DNA from: Pedobacter sp.
GTDB lineage: Bacteria; Desulfobacterota; Desulfuromonadia; Desulfuromonadales; Syntrophotaleaceae
Assembly (NCBI GenBank): GCA_050253415.1
Contig: JBFWJC010000001.1
Span: 808,679 to 872,678 of the forward strand
DNA: 64,000 bases
Direction of reading: 5' to 3'
Part shown: positions 1 to 9,716 of the stretch, in pieces
How the letters are laid out: every line of letters begins with the position of its first letter
Numbering within the stretch: position 1 is the stretch's first letter
Program-made: the position numbers and the translations under genes
The notes under the pieces: generated by a model
Database searches by the model: none
Told to the model about the DNA's origin: nothing
What the model saw: only the letters and a program-made list of their open reading frames with translations

Positions 1-1
1 G

Positions 2-562
2 AGTATCGCCGACCCCCATGCCTGGTTCACGCCCGTCAATGCGGCCCTGTATGTCAACAACATCGTCCAGGCTCTGGAGCGATTCGATGCTGCCCACGCC
101 GAAGAATACCGGGCGCGGGCCACTCTTTACCTGCAGCAGCTACGCGTGTTGGATGCCTGGATCCGGGCGCAGGTCAATCGCATTGCACCGCAGCAGCGCA
201 TCCTGGTTACCACCCACGATGCCTTTAACTATTTTTGTCGCGAATACCGGTTCAATGCCGACAACAACTTTCTGAGCATCGCTCCGGTGGGGTGGTCCAC
301 CGGCAGCGAGGTAGGCGCCGGCATGACCCCGGAGCGGCGTCGCCAGGTGGTGGCATCGATCCGGCAGGCCGGGGCGCCGGCGATCTTTGTAGAAACCACC
401 ATCAATCCCAAGCAGATCCGCGAGATCGCCAGGGAAACCGGTGTCAAAATCGGCGGGGAACTTTATTCCGACTCCATGGGACCGCCCGGCAGCGCCGGAG
501 AAACCTATATCGGCATGATGCGGGAGAATGTGTTGCTGATCGTGCAGGCGCTGACACCTTAA
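2..562 (+). CDS. Metal (Mn/Zn/Fe) ABC transporter substrate-binding protein, TroA/ZnuA/MntC family; 5' end lies outside the window
   Basis: Frame 2 reads SIADPHAWFTP (DPHxW motif), then TTHDAFNYF and ELYSDSMG; followed by ABC ATPase and permease genes. Confidence 0.92.
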   Translation, partial: SIADPHAWFTPVNAALYVNNIVQALERFDAAHAEEYRARATLYLQQLRVLDAWIRAQVNRIAPQQRILVTTHDAFNYFCREYRFNADNNFLSIAPVGWSTGSEVGAGMTPERRRQVVASIRQAGAPAIFVETTINPKQIREIARETGVKIGGELYSDSMGPPGSAGETYIGMMRENVLLIVQALTP

Positions 563-618
563 GTCCCGGGTCACGGATTCAAAGTCCAAAGTCCAAAGTC
601 AAGGGACCGGGGACCGCC
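563..618. repeat. Degenerate heptamer tandem repeat (GTCCAAA-like)
   Basis: 7-nt period: GTCCCGG GTCACGG ATTCAAA GTCCAAA GTCCAAA GTCAAGG GACCGGG. Confidence 0.6.
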
Positions 619-634
619 TTCAAAGGATTCATCT

Positions 635-1141
635 ATGCGTTTTATTCTGACGGCTCTGATCTGGCTGCTCATGCTCGGTGGCCTGAGTCTCTATATCTAT
701 CAGCGGGATCGGCATGCGCCGGTTGCAATCCAGGCGCCGATCACTCATGAGGTCGCTGGTCAGGACTATCTTCTGGAAATCACCCCGACCTTTTCCCCCG
801 AATCCGACCCCTTTGCCCTGCGAGGGGATGCCGGCGATGCCACTTCGCTGGTGGTGCGCACCGCGCAGCGGGAACTGTTTCGCGCCGAGGGGGAGTTGGA
901 ACGGGGCGTACCGGTGCGGGTGCAACCGGTGCGCGGATTGGTGGAGGGTCGCAATGAGCTGTATGTGCAGGCCCAGCCGCCCCTTGGCGAATCCCACCGG
1001 GATCATGCGGTGCGGGTGCGGCTGCTGCGGGGTAATCGGGTCGTGGTGGACGAGACGATCTGGGGGCAAAAAGGTGCCAGCGTCGCCGGAACCATCCCCT
1101 TTACGCTTACGGCTACCGCGGAGGATGCACATGACCACTGA
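635..1141 (+). CDS. Hypothetical membrane-anchored periplasmic protein inside the metal ABC operon
   Basis: N-terminal hydrophobic anchor, beta-rich body, overlaps the ATPase start, AAGGA RBS. Confidence 0.8.
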   Translation: MRFILTALIWLLMLGGLSLYIYQRDRHAPVAIQAPITHEVAGQDYLLEITPTFSPESDPFALRGDAGDATSLVVRTAQRELFRAEGELERGVPVRVQPVRGLVEGRNELYVQAQPPLGESHRDHAVRVRLLRGNRVVVDETIWGQKGASVAGTIPFTLTATAEDAHDH

Positions 1142-1892
1142 ACAGATCCCAGCCATCGAGGTGCGCCATCTGACGGTCAGTTACGGCGAACGCCCGGCTC
1201 TTCTGGATGTCTCGGTGACCATCGAGCCTGACCAGTTGGTGGGAGTGATCGGTCCCAACGGCTCGGGCAAATCGACCCTGATCAAGGCGATACTCGGGTT
1301 TGTCCGACCGGATGTCGGCGAAGTGCGTATCTCCGGCCAAAATGTGGACAAGGCCAAGGGGCAGGTGGCCTACGTGCCCCAACGTGGTGCGGTGGACTGG
1401 GACTTTCCCATTACCGTGCAGGAGGTGGCGCTCATGGGGCGCTATCAGCAGGTGCCCTGGCATCGCAGCCTGCGCAAAATCGATCGGGAAGCGGCGCTGG
1501 AGGCCCTGGACATGGTGCGCATGAGCGATTTTGCCGATCGTCAGATCGGCCAACTCTCCGGCGGGCAACAGCAACGGGTGTTTCTGGCCCGTGCGCTGGC
1601 CCAGGGGGCGGACATCCTGCTTTTGGACGAGCCTTTCGCAGGTGTCGACGCGGCCACAGAACGGGCCATTCTGGAAGTGCTGGAGCGGGCCAAGGCGGCC
1701 GGCAAGACCCTGGTGGTGGTGCACCACGATCTGGCCACCGCGGCGGAGTATTTCGATAACCTGATCCTGCTCAAGCAGCGCCTGTATGCTTACGGCCCAC
1801 CGCGGGCCGTGCTGCAGGAAGAGCTGCTCAGCCAGGTGTACGAGGGCCGCTTGCGGGTATTCGCCGATCTGGCGGCAGGAAAGGGGGGCTGA
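1131..1892 (+). CDS. Metal ABC transporter ATP-binding protein (TroB/MntA/ZnuC-like)
   Basis: Walker A GPNGSGKS, LSGGQQQR, LLLDEPF, VHHDL; start at MTTEQ after GAGGA. Confidence 0.95.
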   Translation: MTTEQIPAIEVRHLTVSYGERPALLDVSVTIEPDQLVGVIGPNGSGKSTLIKAILGFVRPDVGEVRISGQNVDKAKGQVAYVPQRGAVDWDFPITVQEVALMGRYQQVPWHRSLRKIDREAALEALDMVRMSDFADRQIGQLSGGQQQRVFLARALAQGADILLLDEPFAGVDAATERAILEVLERAKAAGKTLVVVHHDLATAAEYFDNLILLKQRLYAYGPPRAVLQEELLSQVYEGRLRVFADLAAGKGG

Positions 1893-3184
1893 TGGACTTT
1901 CTGCTGCAGGCTTTTTGGGCGCCCCTGACCGAGACCTATTTCCAGAAGGCCTTGATTGGCGGCTGCATCGTCGCGGTGGTTGCGGCGGTGGTCGGTTGCC
2001 TGGTGGTATTGCGGCGCATGGCATTTCTCGGCGACGCTTTGTCCCATGCCATGATCGCCGGGGTGGCCGGAGGCTACCTGGTGATGAAGCTGCTGTTCGG
2101 ATTGGAGGCCCATGCCCCCGGCATGCTGCTGGGATCGCTGCTGGCTGCTGTGCTCACGGTTGCCCTGATCGGTTTTGTATCGCGTATCTCGCGGGTCAAG
2201 GAGGACACCGCCATCGGCATCATGTACACCGGCATTTTTGCTCTGGGGGTGGTCGTGGTATCGATCTTCAGGCATTTTATCCATATCGATCTGATGCATT
2301 TCATCATGGGCGATATTCTGGGCGTGGCCGACAGCGACCTGTGGGTAAGCGCCATCGTCGCTCCGCTGGTGCTCAGTCTCCTGATCCTGTTCTACCGGCA
2401 TTTCCAGCTTTCCACCTTCGACCCGGTGATGGCCGCCTCCATCGGCTTGCCGGTACTGCTGCTCGATTACGTGCTGACTACCTGCGTGTCGTTGGTGGTG
2501 GTCAGCGCCGTGAGCATGGTCGGCGTGATTCTGGTGGTCGGGTTGTTGATCACACCGGCGGCCACCGCCTATCTGCTGTGCGACCGGCTGGATCGAATGA
2601 TGCTGCTGGCGGCCCTGTTCGGCATCACCAGCGTGATCGGCGGATTGTATCTGTGCGTGTGGCTCGATTCGGCGGGAGGCGGCGCCATCATGCTGTTCTG
2701 TACCCTGCAATTTCTGGTGGTCTTGACCGTCGCTCCGCGTTACGGACTGCTGGCACGCTGGCTGCGAATGCGGCGTCTGGTGCCCCAGCAGGTAGTGGAG
2801 GACGTGCTGACCACCATTTTGCGCCACGAAGGGAGCACGCCCCTGGCGATTATGCGTCGGCATGTACCGCAGCCAGCCGCCCTGCCCAAAGCTTTGAAAA
2901 AGATGGCCCAGGACGGTCTGATCCATATGGCAGACGACGGATATCGGCTTACCGAAGCGGGGAAAAAGGAAGCCGCCAAAGTGTTGCGCGCTCACCGGCT
3001 GTGGGAAACCTACCTGGAATCCATCGGCACGCCGCAGGAGCAGCTGCACACCACCGCCCATCATCTTGAACATGTGCGGACCGACGGCACGGTCGACTAC
3101 CTGGATAAGAAACTTGGCCAGCCGCAACGCGATCCCCATGGAAAAAGAATTCCTCCCCCCTCGAAAAACGACAATCAGGCCTGA
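1892..3184 (+). CDS. Metal ABC permease (ABC-3) fused to a C-terminal DtxR/TroR-like metalloregulator domain
   Basis: GDALSHA, EDTAIGI and LITPAATA permease motifs; C-terminus LTEAG..HRLWETYL..AHHLEH..DPHGKRIP. Confidence 0.9.
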   Translation: MDFLLQAFWAPLTETYFQKALIGGCIVAVVAAVVGCLVVLRRMAFLGDALSHAMIAGVAGGYLVMKLLFGLEAHAPGMLLGSLLAAVLTVALIGFVSRISRVKEDTAIGIMYTGIFALGVVVVSIFRHFIHIDLMHFIMGDILGVADSDLWVSAIVAPLVLSLLILFYRHFQLSTFDPVMAASIGLPVLLLDYVLTTCVSLVVVSAVSMVGVILVVGLLITPAATAYLLCDRLDRMMLLAALFGITSVIGGLYLCVWLDSAGGGAIMLFCTLQFLVVLTVAPRYGLLARWLRMRRLVPQQVVEDVLTTILRHEGSTPLAIMRRHVPQPAALPKALKKMAQDGLIHMADDGYRLTEAGKKEAAKVLRAHRLWETYLESIGTPQEQLHTTAHHLEHVRTDGTVDYLDKKLGQPQRDPHGKRIPPPSKNDNQA

Positions 3185-3391
3185 GGGTGCATCCTCTGCC
3201 TCGGCGACATATCGGGACATCGCGTGCCGAATTCCCTCGGGCAACCTGTCGGCTGATTCTGCTATAATGGAAGCAGTATAAGAACTGTACTGCACTCCGT
3301 CGATCCCGGCATGACTTCGTCCAACCGGCTCTTCACTATGCCCTGCCATGATTCCTGCCGGGGGCGGCCCATGCTCCTCCCCGGAGGTTTT

Positions 3392-5542
3392 ATGTCCAAG
3401 GTCAAGTATGAGGAGGACCCGGTCCTCCGTCTTTCCCGCGTCGATACCTCGTCGCTGCCTGCTGACGGCGGCGAACAATATAACCGGCTGATCTTCTCCA
3501 AGAGTCCCTATCTTCTCCAGCACGCCGAAAACCCCATCGACTGGCATATGTGGAGCGATGAGGCCTTTGCCCGGGCCCGGTCCGAGGACAAACCGGTTTT
3601 TCTATCCATCGGTTACTCTACCTGCCATTGGTGCCATGTCATGGCTCACGAATCCTTTGAGGATCATCAGGTGGCCGAGGTTCTTAATCGCCATTTCATC
3701 CCCATTAAGGTGGATCGGGAGGAGCGTCCGGATCTCGACAATACCTATATGATGACCTGCCAGATGCTGACCGGCAAAGGCGGCTGGCCCACCACCCTGA
3801 TTCTGACCCCCGAAAAAAAGCCGTTTTTCGCTGCGACCTACCTCCCTAAAACCGGCCGGATGGGCATGATCGGCCTGATGGATCTGTTGGCCAAGGTCGC
3901 CGAACTCTGGGCTTCCGACCGCAACGGGCTGTTGGATATCGGGGAGAAAATCAGCCAGGCTCTGCAACAAGTGGAAGCGGCCAGACCGGAGGCCGGAGAT
4001 CTGTCTGCGGATGTTTTAAACAAGGCCTATGCCCAGTACCTGGAAATCTTCGACAAGATGTACGCCGGCTTCGGCGAAGCTCCGAAGTTTCCCGCCCCTC
4101 ATAACCTTTCCCTGTTGCTGCGCCTGGGCCAGTCCCTGTCGGAAGATAAGGCCCGGGTCATGGCTTTGCAGACTCTGCAGCGTATGCGGCTGGGGGGGAT
4201 TTTCGACCAGATCGGTTTCGGCCTGCATCGTTATTCTGTCGATCAGCGCTGGCTGGTGCCGCATTTTGAAAAGATGCTCTACGATCAGGCGCTGGCCATG
4301 CTGGCCTATGTAGATGGTTTCCAGGATAGTGGCGACGATTTTTACCGCCAGTGCGCCCTGGAGATCGCCGATTACGTGCAGCGCGACCTGACCGATGCGC
4401 AAGGCGGATTCTACTGCGGGGAAGATGCCGATTCGGAAGGGGCCGAAGGGACGTTCTATCTGTGGACTCCGGAGCAGGTAATGCACGTACTGGGCGAAGA
4501 GTTGGGCACCGTTTTTTGCCACTCCTTCGATATCACCCCGGAAGGCAATTTCGAAGGGCGCAGCATCCCGCATCTTGAATTGGACCTTGTCGAGCTTGCC
4601 GAGCGGGCCGGGGTGCCGGTGGCTCAGCTGTCGTCGGCCCTTGCCGAGGGGCGCAAACGCCTGTTCGAGGCACGCCTGCAACGTATCCGTCCCCACCGGG
4701 ACGACAAGGTGCTGACCGGCTGGAACGGGCTGGCCATCGCGGCTTTTGCACGGGCCGGGGCGGTGTTGGCGGAAGAGAAACTGCTGGATGCGGCCGGAAA
4801 CGCCGCCGAATTTATCCTGCAATACCTGCGCGACGAGAACGGTCGGCTGCTGCGCAGGTATCGCCAGGGCGAGGCGGCCATCCCTGCTTTCCTGGAAGAT
4901 TATGCTTTCCTTATCTGGGGGCTGATCGAGCTGTACCTGGCCGGATTCGAGAATTGGTATCTGGAAGCCGCCCTCGATCTTACTTCCAACATGGAGGAAC
5001 TTTTCAGCGATGGACAGGGGGGCTTTTTCGACACCGGTAAAGATGTCGAAGCGGTATTGACCCGGGGGCGCTCGTTGCAGGATGTCGCCATCCCTTCAGG
5101 CCTTTCGGCGATTGCCCTCGATCTGCTGCGGCTGGGTCGCATGACCGGTGACACGGAGATGGAAGCGCGGGGCGAACAGGTGTTGCGCAGCCACCTCGGC
5201 CAGGTGCACCAATATCCCTCGGGGTATGCCCAGTTTCTGATCGCCCTGGATTACGCTCTGGGGCCAAAGACCGAAATCGTGATCGCCTGGGACGGCAAGC
5301 AATTCCCGCATGACCTGCTGCGGGAGATTCATTCCCGCTTTTTGCCACGGACCGTGGTTATGCTTCACCACAACGACCAGCCATCGTCAGCACCCGTTGC
5401 CGCCCTGGCAACGGGCAAAGAACCTATGGATGGTAAACCGACCGCCTATCTCTGTTGCGACCAGAGCTGTCGCAATCCGGTGACCGATCCGCAGGAACTG
5501 GCAGGTATGCTGGATGAAATACTCCAGGGAAGGCACGGTTAA
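3392..5542 (+). CDS. Thioredoxin-domain protein, YyaL/SPATA20 family
   Basis: [48 protein letters not shown] before ATG 3392. Confidence 0.93.
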   Translation: MSKVKYEEDPVLRLSRVDTSSLPADGGEQYNRLIFSKSPYLLQHAENPIDWHMWSDEAFARARSEDKPVFLSIGYSTCHWCHVMAHESFEDHQVAEVLNRHFIPIKVDREERPDLDNTYMMTCQMLTGKGGWPTTLILTPEKKPFFAATYLPKTGRMGMIGLMDLLAKVAELWASDRNGLLDIGEKISQALQQVEAARPEAGDLSADVLNKAYAQYLEIFDKMYAGFGEAPKFPAPHNLSLLLRLGQSLSEDKARVMALQTLQRMRLGGIFDQIGFGLHRYSVDQRWLVPHFEKMLYDQALAMLAYVDGFQDSGDDFYRQCALEIADYVQRDLTDAQGGFYCGEDADSEGAEGTFYLWTPEQVMHVLGEELGTVFCHSFDITPEGNFEGRSIPHLELDLVELAERAGVPVAQLSSALAEGRKRLFEARLQRIRPHRDDKVLTGWNGLAIAAFARAGAVLAEEKLLDAAGNAAEFILQYLRDENGRLLRRYRQGEAAIPAFLEDYAFLIWGLIELYLAGFENWYLEAALDLTSNMEELFSDGQGGFFDTGKDVEAVLTRGRSLQDVAIPSGLSAIALDLLRLGRMTGDTEMEARGEQVLRSHLGQVHQYPSGYAQFLIALDYALGPKTEIVIAWDGKQFPHDLLREIHSRFLPRTVVMLHHNDQPSSAPVAALATGKEPMDGKPTAYLCCDQSCRNPVTDPQELAGMLDEILQGRHG

Positions 5543-5868
5543 TCCTGTCCCTAAAACGTCATCCTCCCCCCGTTTCGGACGACCAGGAGTCTGTTGGACC
5601 CCTGGTCATGCCGTGAAAAAACGTACGGTGCTGCAAAAGATTTTGTTATAGTAGCAGGCGCCTTGCCCTTCGCAGCCATGTATTTTGAACACGGTATCCG
5701 CCATGACATTTTCTTTACAAACTTTTTACCTCCTGATGACCACCTGCCTGCCTTGACATGCTCTAATGGCACCAGAACCTCGGAGTCTTTGTCGTTATCG
5801 CAATCTTGGCCGGGATCATTCATAAAGCCGTATGGCTCGATCCAGGGCTAAAACGAAAGGAGCATGTC

Positions 5869-7197
5869 ATGTTGGGGAAATCGTTTGCCCTGTTGTCCGC
5901 CGGTCTGTTGCTGGGTCTTTCCAGTCTGGCCCAGGCTGCGCCGTTGGTTAAATGTCAGGTGGAGCTCGATCGGCGGGTATTGCTGGCCGGCCCGGCCCAG
6001 ACCACCATTATCAAAATCGCTCTGGATGCGCCGCCGGTGCCGCGTACCGACCAGCGGCCGCCGGTGAATCTGGCCCTGGTGATCGACCGCTCCGGCTCCA
6101 TGAGCGGCAGCAAGATCGCCAAGGCCCGCGAAGCGGCGATCGAAGCGCTGCACCGCCTTGCTCCAGGCGATCTGTTCTCGCTGGTGGTTTACGACGATAC
6201 CGTGCAGACGCTGGTGCCCGCTCAGCCCGTTGGCAACATCGAGGCCATCGAGGCACAGATCCGCCGCATTCAACCCGGCGGTTCCACCGCGCTGTTCAGC
6301 GCCGTCAGCCAGGGGGCGGCTGAAGTGAGGAAGTACACCGACAGCTCCTACGTGCACCGGGTGGTGCTGCTGTCCGACGGTCTGGCGAACATCGGACCGA
6401 GCAACCCCGATGACCTGGCGCGGCTGGGCGCTGCCCTGCTCAAGGAAGGCATCTCGGTCACCACGGTGGGGGTCGGTACCGATTTCAACGAAGATCTCAT
6501 GGCGCAGCTGGCCGAACGCAGCGACGGTAACCACTATTTCGTCGAATCAAGCGCCGATCTGCCGCGCATCTTTGCCGCCGAACTCGGCGACGTCCTCAGT
6601 GTGGTGGCCCGCAAGGTGGTGATCCGTATCGATTGTCCTGACGGGGTCAGACCGCTGCGTATTATCGGCCGCGAAGGCAGCATCCGTGGACAGAAGGTCG
6701 AAATACGCATGAACCAGCTCTACGGCGGCCAGGAAAAATACGCCCTGGTCGAAGTCGAAGTGCCTGCCTCGCAAGCGGGCCATAGCCTTGATTTGGCCAA
6801 GGTCGACTGCCGCTATCGGAACGCCCTGACCGATGTGGGTGAATCCTCGACGGCCGTGGTGCAGACCCGTTTCAGCCGGCGTCCGGAAGAGGTGCGCCGG
6901 GCAGCCAGCAAGGAAGTACAGAAATCGGTGGTGGAAAACGAAATGGCCGTGGCCCGTGACAAGGCTCTCAATCTCTACAATGCCGGGCGCAAGGACGAAG
7001 CCGCCCAGGCGCTACGAGAAAAGAGCACCTCATTGCAGGAGCAGAATGCCAGCCTTGGCTTCTCGGATCTGGCGGACGAGGCCGGACAGCTGCAGCAGGA
7101 GGCGGTCGAGTTTGAAGCCGACCAGCTCGATAACACCCGCAAAAAGGAACTGCGTTCGGAGAGCTTCAAGGTGCGCAAACAACAGAAAGCTTATTAG
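5869..7197 (+). CDS. Exported von Willebrand factor A domain protein (YfbK-like)
   Basis: Signal peptide ending AQA; MIDAS motif VIDRSGSM, GGST, LLSDGLAN; AAAGGAG RBS. Confidence 0.88.
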   Translation: MLGKSFALLSAGLLLGLSSLAQAAPLVKCQVELDRRVLLAGPAQTTIIKIALDAPPVPRTDQRPPVNLALVIDRSGSMSGSKIAKAREAAIEALHRLAPGDLFSLVVYDDTVQTLVPAQPVGNIEAIEAQIRRIQPGGSTALFSAVSQGAAEVRKYTDSSYVHRVVLLSDGLANIGPSNPDDLARLGAALLKEGISVTTVGVGTDFNEDLMAQLAERSDGNHYFVESSADLPRIFAAELGDVLSVVARKVVIRIDCPDGVRPLRIIGREGSIRGQKVEIRMNQLYGGQEKYALVEVEVPASQAGHSLDLAKVDCRYRNALTDVGESSTAVVQTRFSRRPEEVRRAASKEVQKSVVENEMAVARDKALNLYNAGRKDEAAQALREKSTSLQEQNASLGFSDLADEAGQLQQEAVEFEADQLDNTRKKELRSESFKVRKQQKAY

Positions 7198-7301
7198 GAG
7201 TCTGTTCTGGCAAGCCAAAGCGCTCTCTGCTACATTGGTCGAAACCGCTCCTGCTTCCGGTCCGCACCGGAGGCGGGGGCATTCGACGAAGGAATCCCTG
7301 C

Positions 7302-8963
7302 ATGAAACGGATCCATTGGATCGTCGGCGCCTGGCTGTTGTTACTTATCCCGACGCTGCTGATCGGCGCCCTGGCCCTGAAGTTGTTGCGCAACGAACAA
7401 GGTCGCCTGGCCGAAAGCAACCTCAGCGCCACCCGCCAGCGGGCTGCCACCATCGCCGAGAGTCTCGACCTGGCGGTAGCCGAGGTCAAGGACGGCCTGC
7501 TCGCCAGCCTGCGTCAGATGCCCGTCGATGATCTCGAGAACAGTCTGGAAGATTGGCGGCTGGGCAATCCGTTGGTGCGCAACGTCTTTATCTGGAGCTC
7601 CGACGGCTTGCAGTTGCCTGCTCCCGGTATCCTGGGCAACGGCGAGACGGGCGCTTTCGTGACCCGCTATCAGGCCCTGTTTTCCGGCCGCATCCCCTGG
7701 CAATCACCGCAGCCTGACCGGATACAGGGGGATGCCGGTCCTGGAATCGGGGGCCGAACCGCCGCGGATAACGCTCCCGCTTCCTCCCGTAAGGAATTAC
7801 GACTTCTGGCCCAGCAGCTAGGCGCTGCCTCGCAAACATCGCACATGTCAGGGTGGCTGCCGTGGTTTTGGGAGGATGGCGTTTACCTCTTCGGCTGGCT
7901 GGAAGATCCGGCCAGCGGCCGCCGTTACGGCCTGGAAGTCGAGATGATGGCGCTATTGTCCCGCCTTGTGACGAGCCTGCCCCAGCCTCCCGAAGGGGAA
8001 GTCTATGCCCTGGTGGACGGGCAGGGACGCATTGTCCATCGTACCGGCACGGGCGAGGTTGGCGTGGATACCCCGCAGCTTGCCGCCCTGCCCATCGGTT
8101 CGGAGCTGCCCCATTGGCAACTGCGTATCTATGCGCCGGGCGGTATCCATCCCGGCGTTGGCAGCCGCAGTCTGTTGCTGCTCTCGACGCTGCTGGTCGG
8201 CAGCTTCGTGGCGGCGGTGCTGTTCGGCGGCTCGCTGCTGCTGTGGCAGGCCTGGCGTCACATGCTCGATGCCCGGCGCAAGATCTCATTCGTGTCCAAT
8301 GTATCCCATGAGTTGAAGACCCCTCTGACCACCATTCGCATGTACGCTGAATTGCTGGGTGAAGGAAGTATCCGGGAGGAAACCAAGCGCGAACGTTATC
8401 TGCAGGTGATCGTTTCAGAAAGCCAGCGCCTGACCCGACTGGTCAATAACGTCCTCGACTTCAGCCGTCTGGAGCAGCGGCGCAAACACTATCATCTGAC
8501 GCCCCTGCCGCTTGCCGAAATCCTGCAACAGGTGCTCGACGGTCAGAGCATGCGTCTGCAGCAGGCCGAACTGAAGCTGGTCAGCCGTATCCCGGAGGAG
8601 TCGATGATGGTGCAGGCCGATCGGGATGCCGTCGAGCAAGTGCTGCTCAACCTTATCGACAATGCCATCAAATACGCAGCGCAGGGCGGGGAACTTGTTG
8701 TCGAACTGCAATGGCGCGACAAGGCTGCCGAGGTGCTCATCCAGGATCGCGGTCCAGGGGTTCCGGTCTCGCATCAGCAGCGCATCTTTGACCAGTTTCA
8801 TCGCGTCGACAACGACTTGACCAGTCATCGGTCCGGATGCGGACTTGGCCTCAGCATCGCGCGGCGGCTGTTGCAGGACATGCACGGTTCGCTGCGCTAC
8901 TGCCCACGGGATGGCGGTGGTGCATGTTTTGTCATGACACTGCCGGTTGCAGAGCAAAACTGA
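7302..8963 (+). CDS. Membrane sensor histidine kinase
   Basis: Two TM segments; H-box SHELKTPLT, N-box NLIDNAIKY, G-boxes DRGPG and GLGL. Confidence 0.95.
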   Translation: MKRIHWIVGAWLLLLIPTLLIGALALKLLRNEQGRLAESNLSATRQRAATIAESLDLAVAEVKDGLLASLRQMPVDDLENSLEDWRLGNPLVRNVFIWSSDGLQLPAPGILGNGETGAFVTRYQALFSGRIPWQSPQPDRIQGDAGPGIGGRTAADNAPASSRKELRLLAQQLGAASQTSHMSGWLPWFWEDGVYLFGWLEDPASGRRYGLEVEMMALLSRLVTSLPQPPEGEVYALVDGQGRIVHRTGTGEVGVDTPQLAALPIGSELPHWQLRIYAPGGIHPGVGSRSLLLLSTLLVGSFVAAVLFGGSLLLWQAWRHMLDARRKISFVSNVSHELKTPLTTIRMYAELLGEGSIREETKRERYLQVIVSESQRLTRLVNNVLDFSRLEQRRKHYHLTPLPLAEILQQVLDGQSMRLQQAELKLVSRIPEESMMVQADRDAVEQVLLNLIDNAIKYAAQGGELVVELQWRDKAAEVLIQDRGPGVPVSHQQRIFDQFHRVDNDLTSHRSGCGLGLSIARRLLQDMHGSLRYCPRDGGGACFVMTLPVAEQN

Positions 8964-8975
8964 AAGGGATTACAC

Positions 8976-9698
8976 ATGGATTCCTACCGCATTCTGGTGG
9001 CGGAAGACGAACCGCATATCCGCGAAGGCCTCATCGATATTCTCGAAGGGGAAGGGTATCGGGTAATGGCCGCCGGGGACGGCATTGCCGCCTTGCAGCT
9101 TAGTGAAGAAGGTAGCTTCGACCTGGCGCTGCTGGATATCATGATGCCGGGTCGCAACGGTTACGATGTCTGTAGGGAACTGCGGCGTCGCCAACCGGGG
9201 CTGGCCATCATCATGCTCACCGCCAAGGGCGAAGAGATCGACAAGGTGCTCGGCCTGGAGCTGGGGGCCGACGACTACATAACCAAACCTTTCGGGGTCC
9301 ATGAACTACGCGCGCGCATCGCCGCCGTGCTGCGCCGCAGTCGCAGGGCGGCTGGGGCTTCGGCCGAGACCTTGCCCACCACTCTGATCATGGGAGCGGC
9401 CAGCGTCGATCGCAAAACCTATCGGGGACGCCTTGGTGAAAGCACCTTCAGTCTTACCGCCCGCGAGATGAAGCTGCTGGAAGCCTTTTACCGTCACCCC
9501 GACGAAGCTCTTCCGCGCAATACCCTGCTGAATCTCGCCTGGGGAATCGATTATCAGGGCACCACCCGCACCCTCGATCAACACATCGCCCAATTGCGCA
9601 AAAAAATCGAACCCGACCCGGCCTCGCCGCAGGTCATCACCACCGTACATGGCGTCGGCTACCGCTATGTTGCCGGTAACTCGAAGTTCCTTTCCTAG
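8976..9698 (+). CDS. OmpR/PhoB-family response regulator
   Basis: EDE, LLDIMMPG, GADDYITKPF; winged helix RTLDQHIAQLRKKIE, TVHGVGY. Confidence 0.95.
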   Translation: MDSYRILVAEDEPHIREGLIDILEGEGYRVMAAGDGIAALQLSEEGSFDLALLDIMMPGRNGYDVCRELRRRQPGLAIIMLTAKGEEIDKVLGLELGADDYITKPFGVHELRARIAAVLRRSRRAAGASAETLPTTLIMGAASVDRKTYRGRLGESTFSLTAREMKLLEAFYRHPDEALPRNTLLNLAWGIDYQGTTRTLDQHIAQLRKKIEPDPASPQVITTVHGVGYRYVAGNSKFLS

Positions 9699-9716
9699 CA
9701 GGGATGGGCCGAAAGG

